From: a virus
Lineage: Duplodnaviria; Caudoviricetes
IMG/VR virus record: IMGVR_UViG_3300033076_000152
Span: 1-29,068 of that record
Length of the DNA stretch: 29,068 nucleotides
Strand: one strand, 5' to 3'
The position numbers and the translations under genes were made by a program. How positions within the stretch are numbered: position 1 is the first letter of the stretch; every line of letters begins with the position of its first letter. The notes below the pieces were generated by a model. That model ran no database searches. It was given only the letters and a program-made list of their open reading frames with translations, and was not told the DNA's origin. Positions 1 to 7,437 of this stretch are shown piece by piece.

Positions 1-1217
1 TTTACTTTGTCCTTAGGTATTATTGCTTTCTTGCCGTCATTGTCTACCGACTTTTGTTTGACTTGCTCAAGTTCTTGAATAATCTTTTCTTTCATTGTGC
101 CACTTGCATTGATATACAATTTGCTATCATTTATTAATTCAGCTAACTTGTAATAACATTGTGATTTAAGGTTGTCAAAGTTTTCCTTCTGCCTTGTTAT
201 TGGGTTTTCTAATGGAGAACTATTATTGACAAATCCTTTGCAGCGTAGAATATCAACAACTCCACCACCAACCCCGTCTTCATCAACTACAATTTGAGAA
301 CTTGGTACTTGGTTTTCTATTTGAAAACTTTTAATGATTTCAGCCACTTCCACAACCGACTTGCCGTTGTACTGGTGCAACTTAACACGGAAGCCATCCC
401 AAACACCCACAACAGTACTATCATTCCCAAAACGTGCAACGTCGCAAGTAATATAGCGTGAACCAGTAGGTACAAAAGTGCTAGTAAAAGCGTCAATAAT
501 TTTATCATATTCAATTAGGGTTGAAGGATCATTTGAGTATTCCCAGTTACCGAATAACAAACGCTCCTTGCTAACTGTATCTAAGGTTAATAGGTTTTGT
601 TTGTAGTGCTTAGATATAAAAGGGTTATCGTCAATTAAAGACGGAATAAATCGCTTATTTTCTGGTATTGTGTTATCTATTTGTGGCTTGTAGAACTCGT
701 GATAGGTCCAATTCTTTGCAGGGTTGCAGGTATAAAGTACTTTAGGCACTAAATCGTTCTCGTCAAGTTGGTATCTAATCCTTGACTTAATGATATTTCT
801 TGCTTTGTCTTCTATTTGGTTTGCCTCGTCTATAAAAGCATCGGTAATTTCCAATGAACCCAATTCGTCAAAGTTAGGGTCACTTGGGTATGAGTAAAGG
901 TCTTTTAATAAAATAATTGAGCCGTTTATAAACTCTATTTGGCTCATTTGTGCGTTGTAGTTATAATGCTTGCCTTTTTCTAAACCTTGCATTTTAGCCA
1001 CTTGAAACAAAGAAACTAATGTAGTTTCCTTTAATGTCTTTAGCACCGCACGACCTATTAACCCACGAGTATTGGGATATTTTAAACGCTGCTTTAGTTG
1101 CCAATAACAACCCAATGCGGTCTTGCCACCACCTGCACCGCCACCAAATAAAACCTCGTTTGTTGTTTTATCCTCTAATAAATCAAGAGCAATAGTTTGT
1201 TTTATTGATAGTTCCAT
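1..1217 (-). CDS. terL: Terminase large subunit, N-terminal 405 codons (continues at 29068..28975)
   Basis: Missing from the ORF track because it runs off the edge. My translation from ATG 1217: MELSIKQTIALDLLEDKTTNEVLFGGGAGGGKT (Walker A) ... AFIDEANQ (Walker B) ... TCNP (coupling motif) ... TCDVARFGNDSTV (RNase H-like nuclease) ... VDEDGVGGGVVD ... IPKDKV. Lies directly downstream of terS. Confidence 0.96.
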   Translation of the reverse strand, partial: MELSIKQTIALDLLEDKTTNEVLFGGGAGGGKTALGCYWQLKQRLKYPNTRGLIGRAVLKTLKETTLVSLFQVAKMQGLEKGKHYNYNAQMSQIEFINGSIILLKDLYSYPSDPNFDELGSLEITDAFIDEANQIEDKARNIIKSRIRYQLDENDLVPKVLYTCNPAKNWTYHEFYKPQIDNTIPENKRFIPSLIDDNPFISKHYKQNLLTLDTVSKERLLFGNWEYSNDPSTLIEYDKIIDAFTSTFVPTGSRYITCDVARFGNDSTVVGVWDGFRVKLHQYNGKSVVEVAEIIKSFQIENQVPSSQIVVDEDGVGGGVVDILRCKGFVNNSSPLENPITRQKENFDNLKSQCYYKLAELINDSKLYINASGTMKEKIIQELEQVKQKSVDNDGKKAIIPKDKV

Positions 1218-1227
1218 AATAAAAGAT

Positions 1228-1286
1228 ACCATTTTTAAAGGACACAACCGAACGGGTACCCCATTCCAAAAATTGCTTTAAATGGT
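1228..1286 (-). promoter_or_regulatory. Long imperfect intergenic hairpin between terS and terL
   Basis: Minus strand: ACCATTTAAAG pairs with CTTTA(AA)AATGGT; inner stems CAATT/GGTTG and GAATGGG-GTA-CCCGTTC. Ends about 10 nt before the terL ATG. Confidence 0.5.
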
Positions 1287-1291
1287 CAAAC

Positions 1292-1639
1292 CTATAAGCT
1301 ACCAGTATTTCCTACATAAGTTTTCTTCTCCTCCCAAACAATATTCACTCCCCCAGTTAACTCAACCTCGCTTGTTTGCTTAGGTTTACCTTCTAATCGG
1401 TCAATGATTTCTTGGTATGCTCTTTGGTCGCCTTTTAACGCTTTCGCAATCATCTGCATATCCATTAACTCTAATACCGAAAATTCTTCTTCTTCTCCAG
1501 TAATAGGATTTTTTTTCTTTTGTACTAATTCAAGTAATCTTTTAAGTCTTGTCTTGCTATGTTCCGTTCCTTTTGGTTTACCAGCAGGATTTCCGCTTAC
1601 ACCTTTAGGGAATGGCTTTAAGTTTTGTTCGTTTGCCAT
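1292..1639 (-). CDS. terS: Terminase small subunit (probable)
   Basis: N-terminal NLKPFPKGVSGNPAGKPKG motif typical of DUF5681-like small terminases; KALKGDQRAYQEIIDRLEGKP; immediately upstream of terL. Confidence 0.8.
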   Translation of the reverse strand: MANEQNLKPFPKGVSGNPAGKPKGTEHSKTRLKRLLELVQKKKNPITGEEEEFSVLELMDMQMIAKALKGDQRAYQEIIDRLEGKPKQTSEVELTGGVNIVWEEKKTYVGNTGSL

Positions 1640-1661
1640 AACTCACTGAATTTTCATTGAA

Positions 1662-2096
1662 TTACAAAGATACGCCACAATTAGGGCAAATCTTCCCTTT
1701 CTTGGTATTGTCTATTTGTTTTGGTTCATCTATGGTCGGTATAAAGAAGTCTAAATTAACTCCCCAATCAGCTAAATCGTGCAAATCCAAATTGTCGTTA
1801 GCCAACATATCAAAGTCAAATTCTCCGTTATGAGTATTGTCAATGATTAGTAATTTATTGCGTTCTCTTTCGCTTAAATTCTCCATTCTGATAACTGGAA
1901 CGTCTTCTATCCCTAATTCTAAACACGCTTTATATCTTTGATGTCCGCCAAGAATTACATTGTTTTCATCTATGATAATTGGTTTAGCATTAAGAAGTTT
2001 TGGGTCTTCTTTGATAGATTTTAGTAACTTTTCATATTCATCTTTACTAATCTTTCTTGGGTTCTTTGGGTCTGGCTTTATTTCGTGTATTCTCAT
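1662..2096 (-). CDS. ParB/Sulfiredoxin-like N-terminal domain protein with C-terminal CPxC knuckle
   Basis: IKPDPKNPRKI...PIIIDENNVILGGHQRYKAC...DN motifs of the ParB-N fold; ends ICPNCG; this type of gene is common next to terS. Confidence 0.85.
   Translation of the reverse strand: MRIHEIKPDPKNPRKISKDEYEKLLKSIKEDPKLLNAKPIIIDENNVILGGHQRYKACLELGIEDVPVIRMENLSERERNKLLIIDNTHNGEFDFDMLANDNLDLHDLADWGVNLDFFIPTIDEPKQIDNTKKGKICPNCGVSL
1665..1672 (-). promoter_or_regulatory. Bacteroidota -7 promoter element (TATCTTTG) upstream of terS
   Basis: Matches TAnnTTTG about 25 nt upstream of the terS ATG; overlaps the last codons of the ParB-like gene. Confidence 0.5.
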
Positions 2097-2302
2097 TATG
2101 AAAGATTAATTCTAAGTTGTAAAACTTCTAAATAAGTCTGCATAGCACGACCTTGTATTGCTAATAAACCTTTAATTGTTTCGTCTAATTCTTGATAAAT
2201 TGGAGTATTTATAAAATCTAATAGTTTTTGTACTTTTTCTTGTAGTTCTACTTTTTCTACAATCATTCTTTCTACATGTGATTGTTTTAATTGATTTTCC
2301 AT
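2096..2302 (-). CDS. crAss001_48-like two-helix protein (candidate nucleotide-signal sponge)
   Basis: Pattern ERMxxEKxELxEKxxKLxxFI...LLxxQxxAMxxYLxVLxxRI matches my recollection of the crAss001_48-related family. Confidence 0.65.
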   Translation of the reverse strand: MENQLKQSHVERMIVEKVELQEKVQKLLDFINTPIYQELDETIKGLLAIQGRAMQTYLEVLQLRINLS

Positions 2303-2320
2303 AGTTTTAATTTTATTTAA

Positions 2321-2515
2321 TTATCTGTTTTTTGTTGGAGTTCTAATAGAAGCTACTTGGACCGCTGAAGCTGCCTTTAGATTGTCAATGGTCAATTCTT
2401 TGCCACATTGAAAGCAGTTTACCTTATGTTTAGCCAATTCAGACTGCCAAACGTAATCTTCAGTTAATCTTCCGCATTTACAAGTATATGTTCTTTTGCC
2501 GTATGTATCTTTCAT
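2321..2515 (-). CDS. Small zinc-ribbon protein (64 aa; start revised to ATG 2515)
   Basis: MKDTYGKRTYTCKCG...VNCFQCG has CxC and CxxC pairs. The upstream part of the tracked ORF is occupied by a separate gene in another frame. Confidence 0.7.
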   Translation of the reverse strand: MKDTYGKRTYTCKCGRLTEDYVWQSELAKHKVNCFQCGKELTIDNLKAASAVQVASIRTPTKNR

Positions 2516-2516
2516 A

Positions 2517-2636
2517 TTATCTGCCTTGTCCTCTATAAGCCTTTGGCTTGGGAGAGTGTTTGTTATAAGATTTCTTTGCTTTGCCGTTCTTTCGTTTACC
2601 AAAAGAAACTTTACCATTGCTACTTAGTTTCGCCAT
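2517..2636 (-). CDS. 39-aa highly basic microprotein ending YRGQGR
   Basis: My translation: MAKLSSNGKVSFGKRKNGKAKKSYNKHSPKPKAYRGQGR*. Its stop is 1 nt from the next ATG and it fills the gap between ninG and the Zn-ribbon gene. Confidence 0.75.
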   Translation of the reverse strand: MAKLSSNGKVSFGKRKNGKAKKSYNKHSPKPKAYRGQGR

Positions 2637-2994
2637 ACGTTTTGATTATGTTATTTAATTCTTCTCTTGACCATTTATAAACCTTTAGATTTGTCGCAAT
2701 TGTCTCTAATCCTCTTACCGCTTCCTCGCCTATTTTGTTTACTAATCCTATTCGGTACATTGCTTGGTTGCCGTGCTTGTACATATTGCACCCAGCACAT
2801 TGTAGGTTGATGTTCCATTCGTTAAACCTTAATGCTGAATGACCTTTTACTGGGAAATAATGTCCTGCTTGATTTGCATTAGGACTTCCGCATGATATAC
2901 AAGGCAACCCTTCATCTCTTTTGCGGATATAAAAATTCACTACTTTTTGCGTCTTTTCAAGCAATTTTGGTAATGGTATAAGTTTATTTTTCAT
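2620..2994 (-). CDS. ninG: NinG/Rap-family recombination endonuclease (start revised to ATG 2994)
   Basis: QKVVNFYIRKRD, CISCG, AGHY, ALRFNEWNINLQCAGCN, GN...YRIGLVNKIG are lambda NinG family hallmarks. Confidence 0.9.
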   Translation of the reverse strand: MKNKLIPLPKLLEKTQKVVNFYIRKRDEGLPCISCGSPNANQAGHYFPVKGHSALRFNEWNINLQCAGCNMYKHGNQAMYRIGLVNKIGEEAVRGLETIATNLKVYKWSREELNNIIKTYGETK

Positions 2995-3511
2995 AAGTCC
3001 ATTTGTAGCCATAAGATGTTGATTGAATCCCTTTAGCACATTTTATTATTGCAGACCTTTGATATCCCTGCTTGTGTGCATCAGTTATACAATCCCATTT
3101 TTTTACAAAGTTACCCATTAAATCATATTGAAAAATCATTTTTGCCAATTTCCTTGTTGGAACTTTAAGTTTATGCTTGTATGCATGTTTTTGATTATCC
3201 CCTGCTGAAACCCATTCAAGATTTGATATTCTATTATCATTTTTTATCCCGTTTTTATGATTTACTTGTAATAGATTATTTGGATTTTCTATAAATGTAT
3301 TTGCTATTATTCTATGTAATATTTTTTGACTTTTATTTATACTTACATAGCAATACCCTTTCATTATTGTAGGTTCTATAATTTTACCCTCAAATTTCCT
3401 TTTTAATCCTTTACCAGTAATCCATTCTCTATCTTTTCTGTAAACTCTTCCTAAATTTGATACCATTAGTAAATCTTCATAACCTTTAGCATCTTTCCAA
3501 ATTTCTTTCAT
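2984..3511 (-). CDS. NUMOD4-HNH-NUMOD1 homing endonuclease
   Basis: EIWKDAKGYEDLLMVSNLGRV (NUMOD4); LHRIIANTF...VNHKNGIKNDNRISNLEWVS (HNH); IFQYDLMGNFVKKWDCITDA...YGYKW (NUMOD1). Confidence 0.92.
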   Translation of the reverse strand: MKEIWKDAKGYEDLLMVSNLGRVYRKDREWITGKGLKRKFEGKIIEPTIMKGYCYVSINKSQKILHRIIANTFIENPNNLLQVNHKNGIKNDNRISNLEWVSAGDNQKHAYKHKLKVPTRKLAKMIFQYDLMGNFVKKWDCITDAHKQGYQRSAIIKCAKGIQSTSYGYKWTYEK

Positions 3512-3517
3512 ATATTT

Positions 3518-3724
3518 TTATGATTTATGTATTCTAAAGCATACAAGTCTCCCATTTACCTCAAAACGCTTCTTTGCTAATGGACTTAATCCAGTACGTA
3601 TTGCGTACTCAGGCACTTTTGTAGTTCTAACTGCGTATGCTATGCTTTTAAATATTGTTACTTCTTTGGTTTCTATGTCTATCATTTTAATTGGTCTTGC
3701 GTTCTCTGCACCACTCACTATCAT
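3518..3724 (-). CDS. Stand-alone NUMOD1-like DNA-binding protein
   Basis: RPIKMIDIETKEVTIFKSIAYAVRTTKV resembles the NUMOD1/IENR1 motif. Confidence 0.55.
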   Translation of the reverse strand: MIVSGAENARPIKMIDIETKEVTIFKSIAYAVRTTKVPEYAIRTGLSPLAKKRFEVNGRLVCFRIHKS

Positions 3725-3828
3725 TTTAAAATACGTTTTAGTTCAAATAATACATTAGCCGTTACAAATAGGATTATTCCTAAAGGAACACTAATTAAAA
3801 AGAATTTTGCAAATTGTAATATTTTCAT
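3721..3828 (-). CDS. 35-aa single-TM membrane peptide
   Basis: My translation: MKILQFAKFFLISVPLGIILFVTANVLFELKRILK*. ATGA overlap with the next gene; starts 2 nt after the MTase stop. Confidence 0.7.
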   Translation of the reverse strand: MKILQFAKFFLISVPLGIILFVTANVLFELKRILK

Positions 3829-3830
3829 AA

Positions 3831-4463
3831 TTAAAATAATTTTTTTTGCATTTGATGTTTTTTTAACCTATCTAATGCTTTTTCATAATATTCAGTATCT
3901 AATTCACAAGCAGTTAATTCAAATCCTAAATCGTGACAAGCTATTGCTATTGAACCAGAACCCAAATGAGTATCTAATATTTTATAACCTTTTTTCGCAT
4001 ATTTATCTAATAACCATTTATATAATTGAGGCGGTTTTTGTGTTGGATGTATTTTCTCACTTTTATTTTTATATGCAGAAAATCTAAAAATTTTATTTGC
4101 ACCACAAAAAGAAGTCCAAGCATATTCACAATCAGAAAATGATAAACCTTCTGGAATTTCTTTATCCCATATTATATATTTATTACATATTCCTAAATTA
4201 AAATAATTGCCGCCCCATATTATTTGATTTTTACTTACTTTGAAAAGTAAATCAAAATATTCTTTGTTTGGAGTATTTTTATCCCAGTTTTTTGGCTTCC
4301 ATTTTCTATTTTCTATTTTAGATGCTTTTGGACTTTTACCAATACCCATATTCATATTTGCTAAATCTAATCCATAAGGCGGGTCAACAATAGCTAAATC
4401 AAAGTATTTATCTTGATAACGTGCCATCATTTGCATATTATCTTCATTTGTAATTGTTATCAT
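3831..4463 (-). CDS. Beta-class N6-adenine/N4-cytosine DNA methyltransferase (start revised to ATG 4463)
   Basis: IVDPPYG (motif IV), HPTQKP and ILDTHLGSGS (motif I) in beta order; MITITNEDNM is a typical N-terminus. No cognate restriction enzyme. Confidence 0.92.
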   Translation of the reverse strand: MITITNEDNMQMMARYQDKYFDLAIVDPPYGLDLANMNMGIGKSPKASKIENRKWKPKNWDKNTPNKEYFDLLFKVSKNQIIWGGNYFNLGICNKYIIWDKEIPEGLSFSDCEYAWTSFCGANKIFRFSAYKNKSEKIHPTQKPPQLYKWLLDKYAKKGYKILDTHLGSGSIAIACHDLGFELTACELDTEYYEKALDRLKKHQMQKKLF

Positions 4464-4477
4464 AATTAATGTTTTAA

Positions 4478-4537
4478 AATCCCCCACCTTTTGACATAAC
4501 AAACACCACTTCGTTAATAATAAATTAGTGAGGGATT
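4478..4537 (-). promoter_or_regulatory. Long intergenic hairpin upstream of the MTase
   Basis: Minus strand AATCCCTCAC pairs with GTGGGGGATT; inner stem TAACGAA/TTTGTTA. Confidence 0.55.
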
Positions 4538-4541
4538 AATG

Positions 4542-5162
4542 TTATTTAAAGTTTGTTAGATATTGCTTCATAGCGTTTCGGTTAGCTTCTTTGTCCGTGT
4601 CGGTTGACATTCTGTTACTATCTCCCATTGATTTAAATTGAGCGTGTGCTTCCTCTTTTCCGTTTATGTATGCTAAATGCCTTTCATCACGATATTTTTC
4701 AAACATCTCAAAAAATGTTGGCATATCCATTCTATCATAAACTTTTCCGTATTTGTACTTTACCATACCATCTAAAAATAAAATTACATCTTGAATAGCT
4801 AACTGGTCGCTTTCGGATTCTGTTATTATTTCATAAGCAAGATTTGCAATTTGTTCAGAGTTCATACCAACCCTTAAATTGAAATTATTTAATGCCTTAG
4901 TTATTGCAACGCTTAAAACTCCAGCTATTTTATCAGTTCCGTACATTTTTGCTAATGCTGGTAATCTTTCACTAAGTGGTACTAATTCAATTACTTTCAT
5001 TGGCAATGCTTCCCCTTTTTCTTTATATCTGCACATCTCATTGTGCAATTCTCCTTTACTGCCTTTCACTAGCAAGTTTAATAACTGCTTGGAGTGACTC
5101 CCATTCGGTAACTTTTGGACTAATCCTTGATTGACTTGTTGTATTTCTTGTGATGATTTCAT
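4542..5162 (-). CDS. Putative replication accessory protein (helicase loader/inhibitor position)
   Basis: Directly follows and overlaps the initiator gene, as lambda P follows O. MNSEQIANLAYEII...DVILFL...KYGKVYDRMD resembles a Bacteroidota phage family recalled as DUF6633-like. Confidence 0.5.
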   Translation of the reverse strand: MKSSQEIQQVNQGLVQKLPNGSHSKQLLNLLVKGSKGELHNEMCRYKEKGEALPMKVIELVPLSERLPALAKMYGTDKIAGVLSVAITKALNNFNLRVGMNSEQIANLAYEIITESESDQLAIQDVILFLDGMVKYKYGKVYDRMDMPTFFEMFEKYRDERHLAYINGKEEAHAQFKSMGDSNRMSTDTDKEANRNAMKQYLTNFK

Positions 5163-5739
5163 CGTTGAAGCATTTTTGGTTTAAATATGTTGTTGGATGT
5201 TTTCTAAAAGTTTTATCTGGAGTTGACTCAACATATGCTTGAACTGTTTGTAAAGCTAAATCCTTTTCTTGTTCGGTCAAACTATTCCAAGACTTTTTTG
5301 CCTTTTCTTTTGATTTTTTGTAATCGTACCATAACCACCAATCTTCAAACTTTGCATCCAGTATTTCAGTTTTAGTTTTAGTTCTATTTTTAGTTATAGT
5401 TTCAGTTTCAGTTTCCATATGCTTAGCATATGCTTTGCTAGTGCTATTGTTTTTAAGTGATTTAGCGTTATTTCTCCTTGATTCTGAGAACTTTTGACGT
5501 CTAACAGTCTCATTGTACATTCTTTCGTTATAAAAAAACTCTCCATCTTTTACAAATTTGCTCCAAATGTCAACGTCATATGCTTTGCATATGCTTAGCA
5601 TATCCTTGTTAGTTAATTTGCCTTTTTGATGCTGCAAACAAAGTAAACGTATATACATCCCAACTTGTTCATTTGTCATTGTAAAAGTGCCACTCAAAAA
5701 ATCGCTTGTATAAAAAAGCACGGCTGGGTCTTTACTCAT
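5056..5739 (-). CDS. Replication initiator (DUF1376/YdaU-like N-terminus, O-like organisation)
   Basis: PAVLFYTSDFLSGTFTMTNEQVGMYIRLLCLQHQKG N-terminus, low-complexity ETETET linker, and C-terminal FEDWW..Y..KKSKEKAKKSW...HPTTYLNQ domain; internal iterons. Confidence 0.85.
   Translation of the reverse strand: MSKDPAVLFYTSDFLSGTFTMTNEQVGMYIRLLCLQHQKGKLTNKDMLSICKAYDVDIWSKFVKDGEFFYNERMYNETVRRQKFSESRRNNAKSLKNNSTSKAYAKHMETETETITKNRTKTKTEILDAKFEDWWLWYDYKKSKEKAKKSWNSLTEQEKDLALQTVQAYVESTPDKTFRKHPTTYLNQKCFNDEIITRNTTSQSRISPKVTEWESLQAVIKLASERQ
5361..5609. repeat. Iteron-like 11-bp repeats and AT-rich 6-mer run inside the initiator gene (probable origin)
   Basis: CATATGCTT(A/T)G at 5416, 5427, 5577 and 5588, degenerate at 5599; adjacent TTTCAG/TTTTAG run at about 5361-5415. 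Confidence 0.75.
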
Positions 5740-5740
5740 A

Positions 5741-5832
5741 AAATAAAAAAAGGGCTTCAGACTAAACAGGTAATGCGACTACCTGCCAATCTTCCACCCT
5801 AATAAGTTTATATTGATATGTCGCATATATCA
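5741..5832 (-). ncRNA. Structured cis-regulatory leader with complementary loops and U-tract
   Basis: Hairpin TGATAT-ATGCGAC-ATATCA; hairpin CAGGTA-GTCGCAT-TACCTG inside a longer stem closed by AGGG/CCCT and followed by a T-run. The two loops are exact reverse complements. Confidence 0.7.
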
Positions 5833-5835
5833 GTA

Positions 5836-5843
5836 CAAAAATA
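5836..5843 (-). promoter_or_regulatory. Bacteroidota -7 promoter element (TATTTTTG)
   Basis: TAnnTTTG match 3 nt upstream of the first leader hairpin. Confidence 0.65.
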
Positions 5844-6035
5844 CTAAACTATCCTATAACTTGCAAATGTTTTGCCGTCTTTAGTTACAATTTTAGTTGC
5901 AATATTTAAACCTTCTTTGCGTAGGTCATTTACTCTTGCAGCTAATCTAAAGCAGCCAAATTTATTTAATGCTTGTAAAGGAGTTATTGTTTTACCTTGC
6001 TCTAAATAACTTTTTATTTGTTGATTTTGTGTCAT
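5844..6035 (-). CDS. Small winged helix-turn-helix protein (HTH_39-like)
   Basis: TQNQQIKSYLEQGKTITPLQALNKFGCFRLAARVNDLRKEGLNI.T...ASY pattern. Confidence 0.8.
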   Translation of the reverse strand: MTQNQQIKSYLEQGKTITPLQALNKFGCFRLAARVNDLRKEGLNIATKIVTKDGKTFASYRIV

Positions 6036-6057
6036 AGTGTTAAAGTTTTGTTAATGT

Positions 6058-6339
6058 TTAGAAAGGCATATTATCTAGGTCTTCTTGTTCTTGTTTATTC
6101 GTGTTTGCATACTCTTTTTTAGCATCAAACTTGTATTCTTTGCCTCTGCCACAATAATTCTTTTTAGCTTTCTCGGCTCTTTCTTGTTGGCTTTGGTTAT
6201 TCCATACAGTTAATACATTTCCTTTATCGTCTGGCTCTTTTAAATAGTCAACTGCGATGTTAGCGTAATGCTTAACTCCAGATTTTGTTTGAACTGGCTT
6301 CCATTGGATGTCTTCTTGACAAATGTTTAATACTTTCAT
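6058..6339 (-). CDS. Putative single-stranded DNA-binding protein
   Basis: Short beta-rich protein with acidic tail EDLDNMPF; near the annealing-protein gene. Confidence 0.6.
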   Translation of the reverse strand: MKVLNICQEDIQWKPVQTKSGVKHYANIAVDYLKEPDDKGNVLTVWNNQSQQERAEKAKKNYCGRGKEYKFDAKKEYANTNKQEQEDLDNMPF

Positions 6340-6340
6340 T

Positions 6341-6535
6341 TTAATTGTTTTTATTGATTTGTGTTTGATTTATTTGGTCTTCCGTCTTTTGGTCTTCTAA
6401 TAATTCTTCTTCATCTTCATACTCCCAGTCGCAATGTTCCATACAATCTGGGCAAATTCCTACTTCTTCCATGTCGGTATATGCTCCGCAGCAATCTGAA
6501 TAAGGCATAATTTTAATTGTTTGAGTATTCTTCAA
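6341..6535 (-). CDS. Small Cys-rich zinc-finger protein
   Basis: SDCCGA...ICPDCMEHC followed by an acidic stretch. Confidence 0.7.
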   Translation of the reverse strand: MKNTQTIKIMPYSDCCGAYTDMEEVGICPDCMEHCDWEYEDEEELLEDQKTEDQINQTQINKNN

Positions 6536-6761
6536 ATTGTTCCGACCAGTCAGACATTCTAACTTGTACTTGTCTTTGTGGTGGAGTTGGTGGGATTAAT
6601 AAATGTGGCATAAATGTTTTTTTGTAGTCTTTTAGCACTTGCTTTGCATCCAATACTTTTTGTTGCATTTGTCGTGCTTCGCTTGGACTACAAGTATCAA
6701 ACTTATATTGCCAAAATTTAACGTTTTCTATTAATCCTTCTAATATAACGTAATGGTTCAT
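6513..6761 (-). CDS. Hypothetical protein
   Basis: 82-aa ORF tightly packed in the early operon. Confidence 0.7.
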   Translation of the reverse strand: MNHYVILEGLIENVKFWQYKFDTCSPSEARQMQQKVLDAKQVLKDYKKTFMPHLLIPPTPPQRQVQVRMSDWSEQFEEYSNN

Positions 6762-7384
6762 TATAAGTTGTTTTTTGCGTTAGTAAATAATTCAGCCAAT
6801 TTTTCTTTTTTGATTAAGTCTTGGTTCAGTTCGTAAAGATGCTTTAATTCTTGCACATTTTCGCAAAAGTCTATTGCAGTTGTTAAATCTTCTTTAGTAC
6901 TGTGCTTTTTAATGTAAGGTGCTGGTTCTTTAGCAAAGTCCATTTCTTCAGCTGGAGTCGCTTCAAACCCTGCCGCTTTCATAAGCCAACCTAATAAAAG
7001 TCTATAAGCTTTACCTTCGGCTCTTGTTTGTGCCATTGAGCAAATAGCGTACTCGTCAAAACTACGTTTGGTTCGTTCCTTATTGGAACATATAGCGTGT
7101 CCGATTGATACTACTTGACCAGTTGCGATATTTCGCACTTCACAAGTCGCCCAATACTTTAACTCGTTTTCTTTGCTTAGGTCTTTTACTTCGGTAATAA
7201 TTGGAATCAAGCCAATTGCCGCCCCAGCGTATCCCCAGCCCTCAACGTTAACAAACTGTTTACCTTGAATGTTGGTGCTTAGTTTTTTTTCTTTGATTAG
7301 ACTTGCCAACTCATTTGATAGACTCAAAAGCGAGTCTTTGTTAATAAGTTCATAGGTAGGTCTAATTTGTTGTAATTCACTCAT
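6761..7384 (-). CDS. Putative single-strand annealing protein (Rad52/Sak/ERF-like superfamily)
   Basis: GKQFVNVEGW...ATCEVRN...GHAICSNKE...SMAQTRAEGKAYR...TPAEEM core plus C-terminal helical domain; next to SSB-like gene. Confidence 0.6.
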   Translation of the reverse strand: MSELQQIRPTYELINKDSLLSLSNELASLIKEKKLSTNIQGKQFVNVEGWGYAGAAIGLIPIITEVKDLSKENELKYWATCEVRNIATGQVVSIGHAICSNKERTKRSFDEYAICSMAQTRAEGKAYRLLLGWLMKAAGFEATPAEEMDFAKEPAPYIKKHSTKEDLTTAIDFCENVQELKHLYELNQDLIKKEKLAELFTNAKNNL

Positions 7385-7437
7385 AATGCAGATTTAAGGT
7401 TATTTAATAATTAAAAGTAATACTATTTTGTGAATAA

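Noticed and set aside
317-514. 65-aa hydrophobic minus-strand ORF
   Set aside because: Alternative frame wholly inside terL.
2516-2617. N-terminal extension of the tracked 98-aa ORF
   Set aside because: Better explained by the 39-aa YRGQGR gene in another frame; the Zn-ribbon gene likely starts at 2515.
4464-4502. Tracked upstream start of the methyltransferase
   Set aside because: Non-ATG start inside a hairpin; ATG 4463 has an A-rich leader and gives a typical N-terminus.
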